Made by a program: the position numbers and the translations under genes
Shown here: piece by piece, positions 49,916-59,624 of the stretch
Numbering within the stretch: position 1 is the stretch's first letter
Layout: every line of letters begins with the position of its first letter
The notes under the pieces: generated by a model
The model's database searches: none
Told to the model about the DNA's origin: nothing
The model's input: the letters and a program-made list of their open reading frames with translations, nothing else
From: an uncultured Planctomycetota bacterium
GTDB taxonomy: Bacteria > Planctomycetota > Planctomycetia > Isosphaerales > Isosphaeraceae
NCBI GenBank assembly: GCA_963823665.1
Contig: CAWGMQ010000005.1
Coordinates: 1,536,001 to 1,600,000 of the forward strand
DNA length: 64,000 nt
Reading direction: 5' to 3'

Positions 49916-52615
49916 CGGAAAATTTCATCGGTATCGACTTCGGAACGTGCAACAGCAGTGCGGCCTGGTTCAACACCAAGACCGGCCAGGCCGAGTCGTT
50001 GTTGAGCGCGGAGGGCCACGACAAGACCCCTTCGGTCGTTTACTTCGGCCCAAGTGAAACGGTGGTCGGCCGGCACGCGGACGAGCGGCTGGAGACTCCC
50101 AACGAGTGGAAGCGGGTGGTGAGCGCAGTGAAGCGCGACCTGGCCAAGCTGCGTACGTGGGTCGTGGGCGACCGGCATGTCGCACCCCTCGACGCCGCCA
50201 CCTTGATCCTGGAGAAGATCAAGCGGGATGCCGAGGACGGCCATTTCCACGCCCCCGTGATGCGGGCGGTGATCACCTGCCCGGCAGTCTTCGACGAGGC
50301 CGAGAAGGACAAGCTTCGCCAGGCGGCGAAGCAGGCAGGTTTCCTCAACGTGGAGCTCCTGGAAGAGCCAGTGGCGGCCGCGGTTGCTTACGCCGAGGCC
50401 GGCATCAACGTAGGGCGTTATGTCCTGGTCTATGACTTGGGCGGTGGTACCTTCGACCTGGCCTTGCTCACCCGAGAGGAGGGTGACGATGCGTTCCACC
50501 TGGCCATGGAACCGCAGGGCGAAGATCGGCGGCGAAGATTTCGATCGGGCCATCTACGACTACGTCGACCGACGCATTTTCGAGAAGACCAAGCGGCCCA
50601 TCCGGACGGACGGACTGGTGGATCTCCATCTGCTTCGCCTGTGCCGCACGCTCAAGGAGAGCCTGACCGCGAGCGAGCAGCCGCTCCCGCTGGACTGGTA
50701 CTGGCCGGGTAACGGCCAGGTGAAGCTGCCACCACTGAATCGAGCCAAATTCGAGAAGCTTGTCGAGAAGCTTGTCGACGAAACAGTGCGGCTGACCCGG
50801 TCCTTCCAGGAGGACGCTACGGCACACGGCTGCCAGCTTGATTCGGTCATCCTGATCGGCGGGTCGTCCCGAATTCCGTGCATCGTGACTCGCTTGCAGG
50901 AAGCCCTCCAGGTAAAGCCGAACAAGTGGCAGAAGCAGGACGTGGCGGTCGCCCTCGGTGCGGCTTACCACGCGCAGCGACTCTGGGGTGAAAGGCCAAG
51001 ACCCAAGCCGTCGCCAGATCCGAGCTCAACAAGCAGCGAGCCCAGTGAGCCGAGTGTCGAGGCGCAGAGTCTATTTGCTCGCGCTCGCGATCGTTTCGAC
51101 GAGGCAATGAAGTCCGAGGCGGAAGTGAGACGGCAGCAGCTTGAGGCGGCCTTGCAGCACGCCCAGGCGGCATGCGACCTCGAGCCAGGCTGGCCCGACC
51201 CGTGCCAGCTCAAGGGGCAAATTCTCCAGGAGAAAGGCGATTGGCTTCTCGCCACGGCGGCTTACACGGCCAGTCTTCGCCTGAATCCGCGCGCGGCTCG
51301 TGCACAAGAATGCCGAGGGTTATGTAAATTCATGGCCGGAGACTCGACCGGCGCCATGAAGGATTTTGACGAGGCTCTCCGGCTGCTACCGACCGAGTTT
51401 GCCTACCGCTACCGTGCGGCAACCCACCTGCGCCTGGACAATGTCGCGGCTGCGGTCAACGACATCGAGAAAGGACTCAAGCTCGCAGACCAGGAGACCC
51501 CCCGCGCCGCCCTGCATGCCGTGAATGGACTCCTCGTGCGCGACCAGCTCAATCTGACCAAAGAGTCGATCGGCAGCTTCGCTGAAGCGTTACGGCATAT
51601 GCCGCCGGTAGAGGGTTCGCTCGAACGGCGGCAGTTTCTCATGGTCGGCATCCTCTTCGACGTCCCGGTACTCATGAAGGCTGAGCCCGCCGAGTATCAT
51701 CGCAAAGCAAGCCGGCTCAACCTGTTTGCCTGGGTCAAGCAAGAGCTTTCGCTACTCTCTGCAGCCTTGCACTACGGCGGCAAACGCGAGGCCGTGTTCG
51801 AGTTCCTTGACCGCAATCTCAGGCAACGCATGAAGGTAGAGCCCCCTGCAGATCGTCCCAAAGCAGGCCGGCGCAACCTCGTTGCCTGGGTCCAGCAGGA
51901 GCTCTGGCAAACCTGTCAAGCCGTGCACGGCGGCTGCACCCGCGAGGCCGCAGTCGAGTTTTTTGACCGCAATCCGCGCGAGACCGCTGAAGCGCTCTGC
52001 CAAAAAGACCCCGAGCTCGTCCTGCACCTGGCCACCATCTGCGCAGAGAAACAGAACCCTGGAAAAACCATCGACTGGCTCAAGAACCTGTTGGTGGTGC
52101 AACCGCTATTCGATATTCGACGAGCCCGCCACGATCCATGGATCAGCCCGCTGCGAGACCCCGAGCTTCTCGATTTCCTGACGCCCAAGTGCTCGTTCGA
52201 GGAGCACCATGGGCGGGTGCTCAACTCGCTCACAGTAACCAACCGCTCCTCATTCCGTCTCACCGCGCTTCAGGTCCGGGTCCATGTGACGCGCCGCGAC
52301 GGGGAAAAAGATGAGCCAATCGCCCTGGAGCTGGGGTCTCTCGACTGCCGCGCCAGCCATCGCTGGCCGTCCGTGTTCGTGGCCCCCGGCTGGTTCAGAC
52401 GAAACATCACCCGGGTGCGTGTCACACTGCGTTGCGCGGAAGGCAAGGCCAAGATCGTGGGAAACCTTTCGGAGCCTGATTCCGAGCAGGAAGTCAGCAA
52501 AACGAATTCGAAAGACGACATCCTGGATGTTCTGCTCGTGGACGAACCCTCGGAGGATTCCCCCGTACGGAAGCAAAGGCGACGCGTGCACCGTCCCTCT
52601 TCAAGTGAAGTCTAG
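49912..52615 (+). CDS. Hsp70-type ATPase domain fused to TPR repeats and a beta-rich C-terminal domain; frameshift near 50520
   Basis: IGIDFGTCNS, KTPSVV, VITCPA, EEPVAAA, YDLGGGTFD; next frame IGGEDFD, LKESL, LIGGSSRIP, AVALGAA; then Pro/Ser linker and TPR-like helices; no DnaK substrate-binding domain. Confidence 0.88.
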
Positions 52616-52628
52616 GGATTGAGGGCCC

Positions 52629-54383
52629 ATGAACGATGAACAGAAGGAACAACTTGTCCAGACGCTCGCGCGAGGGGCAGCCCGTCTGCGGGAAGCCGGG
52701 CTGCCGGCCGAGCTGACGTCCACCCTGGAACGCCTCGCCAGGCAAGTGGACGACCCCTGTGTGCTCGCCGTGGTCGGGCGTGTGAATGCGGGCAAGAGCA
52801 CGTTCGTCAACGCGCTCCTGGGCGAGGATCTCGCCAGGGTAGGAGCGGAGGAGACGACGGCGACGATCAACCGCTTTCGCTATGGCACTCCCGCCGATCC
52901 CGAGCGACCCGTCCGCTGCCGCTGGCGGGATGGTCGGAACAAGGATGATGGTTGGGACGAGTATGTCAGCCGCGCTGACCTGGACAGCCTGCAGGGCAAC
53001 GACATCGAGGCTCTGCGCCGCGCCGACGGGATCGAGTACCTCGAGTTCCTGCTCCCCAATCCCTATCTGAAGGATGTCACCCTCGTGGACACGCCCGGCA
53101 CCCAGGCCGTCGTGCAGGAACACCAGAACCGTACGGCGGAGTTCCTGAATCTCCAGCACCAGCTCCGCGACCGCAACCCGGAAACACAACCGATCGGCAG
53201 CGACGCGGACGCGGTCATTTACCTCGTCGGTCCGGTGCCGCGCAAGACCGACCAAGCGATCCTGGAGGAGTTCACCCACGCCACCGGCGGCCGCTCCCGG
53301 GCCCTGAACACCATCGGCGTCATGGCCAAGATCGATTTGCAACCCGAAATCCTCACCAGGAGGATGGAGCTTGCGGCCAAAATGTCCGAGCAGCTCCGGG
53401 ACAGCCTGAACACGGTCGTGCCCGTCTCTGCCGGCATCTACCGGACCCTCGAGCAGCTCCGGGCCAATCACAACGCGGAGTTGATCCGCTTGATCACCAC
53501 GCTCCGCCGGATCCCCGCAAAGCGACTGGCGAAGCTTCTCGACGACAACGAGCTTTACCTGGGAGAGTACCCTGATTGCCCCGTGACCGTCGAAGAACGA
53601 GAGCAACTGCTGGGGAAGACGGACTGGCGCGTCTTTACCACGGTGGCCCGGCTGGCAGCCGATCCCGACTTGAGCGAACAGGCCATCATCGAGCAGCTCG
53701 ACGAGCTCGCCGGCTTCGGACCCCTCCAGAAAGTGCTGGAGCTCCACTTCTTCCAGCGGGCCCGATTCCTGCGGTGCTATCGCATTGCCAGCGACGCTCG
53801 GAAACACGTGAACGACATCCGCTACAAGCATCTGCCGGAGTTCCGCAAGTGGGATCGGCCCGAGATCGCCAGGCGGGACCGGTTGCTGGGGTTTGTTCGC
53901 TCCGCGAGCGGTGACCCGACGGTGGCCAGGGAATTGGAGGATTTTATCTCCGCGCACTTCGGCGCGGCCGGACGTGCAAACCGGCTGGAAGCGGCCGTGA
54001 AGGAAGTGGATCGCGAGCTGGCGACACTTTTCCACGAGATGGAAGAGTACAACGCCGACTTCGAGGCTCTGAAAGAAATCGACAAGACTCTGGAAGAAAT
54101 CGACAAATGCGGGCAGTTGTTTCTCTCTGCCGAGCTCGACGAGCTCCGCTGCTTGTTCGGCCAGTATGGGGTCGATCTGGAAAAGCGGCTACCCTCCGGT
54201 CGAGCCACCGTTGCGTACGCGAGCGAACGCCAGCAGGCGTGGAGGGAAGCCTCCCTGCGTGCCAGAGATCCTGTTCGAGCTCGGGTGGCAGAACGTGCGC
54301 AGGCCCGGTACGGCCTGATCTTGTACGAGATGACGAAAAAGCGCGGACTGAATGCCGAGCAGAAGAATCCTTCCCATCTTTGA
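52629..54383 (+). CDS. Second bacterial dynamin-like GTPase (no obvious paddle)
   Basis: G1 VVGRVNAGKSTFVNALLG, G2 ETTAT, G3 VDTPG, DADAVIYL, G4 AKID, VPVSA. Confidence 0.92.
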   Translation: MNDEQKEQLVQTLARGAARLREAGLPAELTSTLERLARQVDDPCVLAVVGRVNAGKSTFVNALLGEDLARVGAEETTATINRFRYGTPADPERPVRCRWRDGRNKDDGWDEYVSRADLDSLQGNDIEALRRADGIEYLEFLLPNPYLKDVTLVDTPGTQAVVQEHQNRTAEFLNLQHQLRDRNPETQPIGSDADAVIYLVGPVPRKTDQAILEEFTHATGGRSRALNTIGVMAKIDLQPEILTRRMELAAKMSEQLRDSLNTVVPVSAGIYRTLEQLRANHNAELIRLITTLRRIPAKRLAKLLDDNELYLGEYPDCPVTVEEREQLLGKTDWRVFTTVARLAADPDLSEQAIIEQLDELAGFGPLQKVLELHFFQRARFLRCYRIASDARKHVNDIRYKHLPEFRKWDRPEIARRDRLLGFVRSASGDPTVARELEDFISAHFGAAGRANRLEAAVKEVDRELATLFHEMEEYNADFEALKEIDKTLEEIDKCGQLFLSAELDELRCLFGQYGVDLEKRLPSGRATVAYASERQQAWREASLRARDPVRARVAERAQARYGLILYEMTKKRGLNAEQKNPSHL

Positions 54384-54475
54384 CGCTCTCGCCCTTACGG
54401 AACGCGACAGGCCCGCGTCCGCACCTTGAGAAAGCCAAACATTCCCTTGATTTCGATCAATGGAGAGGAATCGCC

Positions 54476-55138
54476 ATGGAACTCAGAGACCTCGTGCCGA
54501 TCATCGTCGTTACGTCGATTGTCGGGGTAGTCGTGGTCGTTATTGCAGGGCTATGGAGAGTCTACGAAAAGGCTGGCGAGCCGGGTTGGAAAGTGCTGGT
54601 GCCGATCTATAACTCCGTCGTACTGCTCCGCATTGTGGGAATGAGCGGATGGTGGGTCCTTCCTCTGCTCATTCCGTACGTGGGCATCGTTGTGTCGATC
54701 ATTTTGTCGATCATCGTGTTTATCAAGCTGGCACGCGCCTTCGGCAAGGGAGGCGGATTCGCCATGGGCTTGATCTTGCTGGGGTTTGTGTTCATTCCGA
54801 TCCTGGGATTTGGTTCAGCCACGTATCTGTGCCCCGATGGCTCAGGTGCGCGGGAACACATTGATTCGTGCGCGGATGAAGACGAAGAGGAACGGGAAAG
54901 TCGCCCCCGAAAAGCCAGAAGCCGACGTGATGCCGATGAAGACGAGGGGGAAGAGGAGGCAGAGCGTCCGCGAAGAACGAGTACGCTTACGGCCCGTGCT
55001 TCCGCGCCATCAAAAACCGCTGCTGGTAAGGCGACCGTGGTCCGATGCATCGGTTGCGAACAACGTTTGCGCGTACCGTGGGATGTAGTCGGCAAAAAGG
55101 TCAAATGTCCCCAATGCGAGAATGTGTTTGTGGCCTGA
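54476..55138 (+). CDS. DUF5684-like membrane protein with acidic/basic linker and C-terminal zinc ribbon
   Basis: LWRVYEKAGEPGWKVLVPIYN, LARAFGKGGGF, ILGFGSATY; CIGC...GKKVKCPQC; GAGGA RBS. Confidence 0.85.
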   Translation: MELRDLVPIIVVTSIVGVVVVVIAGLWRVYEKAGEPGWKVLVPIYNSVVLLRIVGMSGWWVLPLLIPYVGIVVSIILSIIVFIKLARAFGKGGGFAMGLILLGFVFIPILGFGSATYLCPDGSGAREHIDSCADEDEEERESRPRKARSRRDADEDEGEEEAERPRRTSTLTARASAPSKTAAGKATVVRCIGCEQRLRVPWDVVGKKVKCPQCENVFVA

Positions 55139-55299
55139 AGCACCCTGCGATTTCAGGCCCGCGATTCCGCTTGTGCTGCTGCTGACGCCAGGATTAACAG
55201 CACGGCGCAAGGGACACTTTGCTGTTCACGATTGCCCTCAAGTCGGACTTTGAAGCTCTGGCGATCTGTAGTCTGGCTTGGTCTTTTGGGCCGGTCAGG

Positions 55300-56913
55300 C
55301 TAGGTCGGAGCAGGATTCGCTTGCGAGGTGGCCGCGAGGATGAGCGTGGCGGCGAGCACCTCGACGTCGGCGTCCTTGGGCAGGGTGAGGCTGCGAACCG
55401 TCTTGGTGGGATCCAGCGTGAACGTGTACACGGAGACGCGGAACCGCCCGGGCTGTTTCCTCCCGCGCGCCGTGTCGCGATAGTTGGTCAAGAGCGCCGT
55501 CGACTCCCCGGCGTACCGCTTCGGCGTGGCCCAGTTGCTGATCGACTGCTTGAACGTCGCCCTGGTCCCGTCCGTGTAAGTTACGGTGAAGGTCCGCCTC
55601 GGCTGGTTGCGGTTGACGGCGATCGCTAGCAGCTTCAGCGCGGCGTCATTGCCCGCCGGCAGGTCGATGGTCTGCCCGGCGGCACTGACGACGTCGGAGG
55701 CGTCAGCGGGCCCGATGCCGAAGGTGGCGCCGCCGGCGGTGAGGCTGGGCCCGAGCAGGTTGGACGAGAGATCATGCCCTTGGCGGTCGAGGCCGCCCCC
55801 GCGGAATTTCGTCACGTCGACCGCGATCCCCGTCCGGTTGAACGTGGAGGATAGGTTGACCGGCTGCTGCCCCACGACTGTCGGCAGCAGGCCAAAGACG
55901 GCGACTCCGTCAGCCGTGGCCACGTAGACCTTGCCATTGGCGATCGTCGGCGTGATGAATTTGTTCGACGGGCCGACCGAGTCGCGACCGTTGGACGCCT
56001 GATTGCTGTTATGCCGAGAGGTTGTAGATATTCCCGGCGGCGTCGGCCGCGGGCTCGCCTCCGCTGTTCCAGAACGAGTTGCCCGAGCCGTCGGTGAGAA
56101 ACGAACCGGTGGGCGCGCCGTTCGGGTCGATGTTGAGGACAGAGGCCACGCTCAGGTTGTTCGCGTTGAAGCCAATGATCCAGCCCGTGTAGGGCGCGAC
56201 GTCGGAGTGCGAGGCCCAATTCGTGTAGACGACGCCGTTGACCAGGAGCAGCGCATCGCGCTCCTTGTACTGCATCGGGTTGAAGATCACGTCGGTCCCG
56301 TTGCCGCCGGGCCCGGCGCCCGGATACGTGATCGACTGGTCGATCGACCTGGGCGCGACCTTGTCGGCGCCCGTCGTGATGTCCAGCGCGTGGATTCGCT
56401 GGATGTACGTGGTGGTGTTCCTCGAGACCAGCTTGCTCATCGCCGCGACGTACATGGTGTCCGTATTGAGGTCGATCACCGGCGTGGCCGTGATGCCGAT
56501 CTCGGGCGTCACCTGGCTTCCGTGGACCGGGTCGGAGGGAACCTCCCCGGTCCGAGCATCGAGACCTGCCAGAGCTTCGCTCCTGTGTCGGCGTCGAAAG
56601 CGTAGACGCTGTCGTTCTCGGTCGCGACGTAAAGGACGTTGTGCGTGCCCTGCCCCGGGATCGAGACCCCGGCCACGTACAAGGGCTGGGCGTCGACCTT
56701 GCCGTCGACGGTGTCGAAGCCCAGCTTGCCGAAGGTCGACACGTTCACGTTACCCGGCGTCAGTATCGTCTCGCTCGAATCGACGCCGCTCCGGGCGTTG
56801 TCGTTGTGGTAAGTCAGGACATCCGCCGAAAACAACCGGCGATTCTCCAAGGCCCCGACCAAAGGTCGGAACCGAGTCACGGTGCGAGACTTCGTGGTGA
56901 CTCTTCGGCGCAT
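55300..56913 (-). pseudogene. Secreted PQQ-like beta-propeller protein with C-terminal beta-sandwich; frameshift and internal deletion
   Basis: FRPLVGALENRRLFS signal, DVLTYHNDNARSG, VDAQPLYV, VYAFDA; shift near 56540; EIGITATPVID, GWIIGF; jumps near 56010 to NKFITPTIANGKVYV, then AAGQTIDLPAG...VTYTDGT...SLTLP. Confidence 0.8.
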
Positions 56914-57153
56914 GGTGGCTCCATTACGTTCCCGTAAAACCGATCGGCGTAGTCAACCTCGGCCAGATGCCGCGGCATGTGGGTGGCCGCTCAAGTGAGC
57001 CGTTCACGTAAGGTAGCCGCCGTTTGGGGGTTGATGTCAAATCAACTCTAGCCGTTCTTCGTGGAGTGGACATAGCCTTCTGCACCGCCGGCGCTCGGGG
57101 ATGGTGTTGCGGCTGCGAACCGACTGTGCGCACGAGGGGGGCGCCGTTTGTTC

Positions 57154-57633
57154 TCAGGCTTGGTCCCGGAAGCGGCACTTCGAGCCGGCAGGTATCGTTC
57201 CAAACGTACGCTGGCTGATTTCTTTTTTTTGGATTTTGGGTTTCGGAAAGGGCTGGACCAAGGAAACACGATTCAATTCATTCCGATCGGGCGGGAGATT
57301 GCCATCCCATTCGACGCAACCGAATGAGCGGCGCAGAACATAAAGCAAGTTGACCAAGAACTGATCGGGGCCATCTTCCGCGAGGATGCGTCGCGCGCCT
57401 GCGATCCATTGGTCGTCGGCAATGAATTTTGGGTATTCACCGATGCCTGCATAGATGGGGTTCATCACGATTCCCCTGATGCCGGCCTCACCGAATTTGG
57501 CGGGGTCGTCGCCGCCCTCGGGAACGCTCACGCTTGGCCGTGGCAGCGGGGCTGGACGTTCGTCGTCGCCGCCCGGAATACCACTTCCCATATCGTCCGC
57601 AGGCGGAATGCCTCGGCCGGTGTTTTTCGCCAT
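57154..57633 (-). CDS. Small hypothetical protein, copy A (extended C-terminus)
   Basis: GAAGGAG RBS overlapping the RES toxin stop; near-identical to 59011..59367; motif GIVMNPIYAG. Confidence 0.75.
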   Translation of the reverse strand: MAKNTGRGIPPADDMGSGIPGGDDERPAPLPRPSVSVPEGGDDPAKFGEAGIRGIVMNPIYAGIGEYPKFIADDQWIAGARRILAEDGPDQFLVNLLYVLRRSFGCVEWDGNLPPDRNELNRVSLVQPFPKPKIQKKEISQRTFGTIPAGSKCRFRDQA

Positions 57634-57644
57634 CGCCCACTCCT

Positions 57645-58112
57645 TCATTTGCCGGTCAACCGAGAGTCGAAACGGAAACGGGATGGTTTACCAACATGAA
57701 GCTCAGGAAACTCAGCATGGCGAGGATTCACGAGGTAATTAAACTCTGCAGGAACCAGCACGCTGGGAACCTGGAGCACCACGGAAGACTTGCCTGCGAT
57801 CCAGGCATCGCCAATTGCCCTGAGTTTTGCTGGAAGCGGATCGGACCTCCAGTTTCTCCCCAAGCGCGCTCGGTCTACACGCGAGACGAAACATTCGTCG
57901 ATGCCTACCTCGATGACGACGTAGCTTTGAAGCAACTCGGCGGCATCCAAGTGGACTAGCATGTCGAGGGCCGCCAACGCCTGGGATTGAGCCAGATAGA
58001 CCATGCTCACGCCCGGAGAGTTCCAGCGACCGCCGAACCGCCGCGCGCCCTCTCCGCTCAATGCACTCCTGCCATGTTTTTGCTTGACGATGCGCCAAGC
58101 ACTGACGATCAA
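57645..58112 (-). CDS. RES domain toxin (ParT/MbcT-like, NAD+-consuming fold)
   Basis: AWRI, SGEGARRFGGRWN, VYLAQS, LQVPSVLVPAEFNYLVNP; TTG start overlapping the antitoxin TGA. Confidence 0.9.
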   Translation of the reverse strand: MIVSAWRIVKQKHGRSALSGEGARRFGGRWNSPGVSMVYLAQSQALAALDMLVHLDAAELLQSYVVIEVGIDECFVSRVDRARLGRNWRSDPLPAKLRAIGDAWIAGKSSVVLQVPSVLVPAEFNYLVNPRHAEFPELHVGKPSRFRFDSRLTGK

Positions 58113-58567
58113 GTGAAAACTCCGTACTCGAGGCGGCCAATCAGATCGAGAACTTCTCGAGCCCCTAGTTCGGTACGGGCGTAGGTCAAGGGGCTCTGCT
58201 GGCCCAAGGCCTTCTTGGGAGTTCTCAGCCACGCGAGGGCGGCAGGCACGTCGCCCTCGAACAAACCGACCGTTTTCTCAAAAACCGTGGCTATCCGGAG
58301 CAGGCGCTCCGACTCATCGGGCGCCAGCTTGCCGGCGACCCGACGTCGGGCAAATGTTCGTGCGGGAATCCCGATGATCGAGGCGATTTCGGAGGCCGTC
58401 ATGCCGCTCATTGCCTCGAGAGAGACCAGAGCCTTGAACGGCAGGCCGTGCTGGACCTGTTCGATGAGCTGATCAGTCCGGGACACCTTCAATCCCAAAC
58501 TGGAGCCCAGTGTATTAAAGGAGACATGTGGCCTTCGGCCGGGCTTTCGAATGTCGAGCGTGCTCAT
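58109..58567 (-). CDS. Xre/MbcA/ParS-type antitoxin
   Basis: GLP, IGIPARTFARR, ESERLLRIA, WLRTPKKALG..PL, GAREVLDLIGRLEYGVF. Confidence 0.92.
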   Translation of the reverse strand: MSTLDIRKPGRRPHVSFNTLGSSLGLKVSRTDQLIEQVQHGLPFKALVSLEAMSGMTASEIASIIGIPARTFARRRVAGKLAPDESERLLRIATVFEKTVGLFEGDVPAALAWLRTPKKALGQQSPLTYARTELGAREVLDLIGRLEYGVFT

Positions 58568-59010
58568 GATCCTCAGCGTACTCCCTACTGCCATGATGTC
58601 AAGGCGTGCCCGCCAGATGGCAGATCGCCCCTCAAGCGCATTTCCTGCACGCGATTCTGCACGCGAATCTTTGAGCCCTCACGTCGGGCGGCTTTTTCCA
58701 ACGGCAAGGGTATCGACGATGAAGGCCTTCTGGAATGATTGCGGGCGCGGACCTGCGTCTGAGTCTGCGAAAGGGGTCGATCTTGCGTGCATCTCGCCGG
58801 GATTGACCAGGAACAGGGCGTCGCGGCGGGTTCGCTGCATGGTGTTGAGGTTGAGAGCGAACTCGGGTCGCAATGCTGACTCTACCGGGTTTTCGGCGTC
58901 GGTTCCGGCTTTGCGGAGCCACCGAGAAGCTTGGTGACCCGGCCCCGGGCATCAATCCAGCGCAGGCGCACCAAGTGGGCAAAAAGCTCGCGCGGAGGCA
59001 ACCTGGTCCG

Positions 59011-59367
59011 TTAGTTCCGATCGGGCGGAAGATTGCCGTCCCACTCGACGCAACCGAATGAGCGGCGCAGAACATAGAGTAAGTTTACCAGGAACTGATC
59101 GGGGCCATCTTCCGCGAGGATGCGTCGCGCGCCTGCGATCCATTGGTCGTCGGCAATGAATTTTGGGTATTCACCGATGCATGTATAGATGGGGTTCATC
59201 ACGATTCCCCTGATGCCGGCCTCACCGAATTTGGCGGGGTCGTCGCCGCGCTCGGGAACGCGCACGTTTGGCCGTGGCAGTGGAGCTGGACGCTCATCAT
59301 CGCCGCCCCTAGCACGACTTCCCCGATCGCCCGCAGGGGGAATTCCTCGCCCGGTCTTTTTCGCCAT
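59011..59367 (-). CDS. Small hypothetical protein, copy B
   Basis: AAGGAG RBS; 118 aa; paralog of copy A. Confidence 0.8.
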   Translation of the reverse strand: MAKKTGRGIPPAGDRGSRARGGDDERPAPLPRPNVRVPERGDDPAKFGEAGIRGIVMNPIYTCIGEYPKFIADDQWIAGARRILAEDGPDQFLVNLLYVLRRSFGCVEWDGNLPPDRN

Positions 59368-59624
59368 CACTTACTCCTTCGCCGCATTGGTAAGCCGCCG
59401 GGACGTCTCGAAGAATAATCGACGGGGCCTGTCGGTTCCGAGCGGCAATCGACTATTTATCAGTGTACCGAGGCCCAAACCGTCGGTGGTAACGCCGACC
59501 TCCATTCTCCCTTCTGACAACGGCCTCGGAAAACCAGATCGCAGAATGCGGTCATCGAGCGGACCTGAGGCGTTGGTCGTCTCGGCCCGCCGGTCGCCGT
59601 CCGCCACGATCAAGGACTCCCGCC

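Larger units (their letters stand above)
57281..59367. repeat. ~350-bp direct repeat pair (57281-57633 and 59015-59367) flanking TA module
   Basis: Both ends of the copies are offset by 1734 bp; long identical stretches, with core differences mostly synonymous. Confidence 0.9.

Noticed and set aside
49912..52615. Housekeeping dnaK
   Set aside because: No substrate-binding domain, no grpE or dnaJ nearby, divergent sequence fused to TPRs.
59468..59529. c-di-GMP-I riboswitch
   Set aside because: Has CAAACC and a GNRA hairpin but lacks the following GCAAAG segment and second stem.
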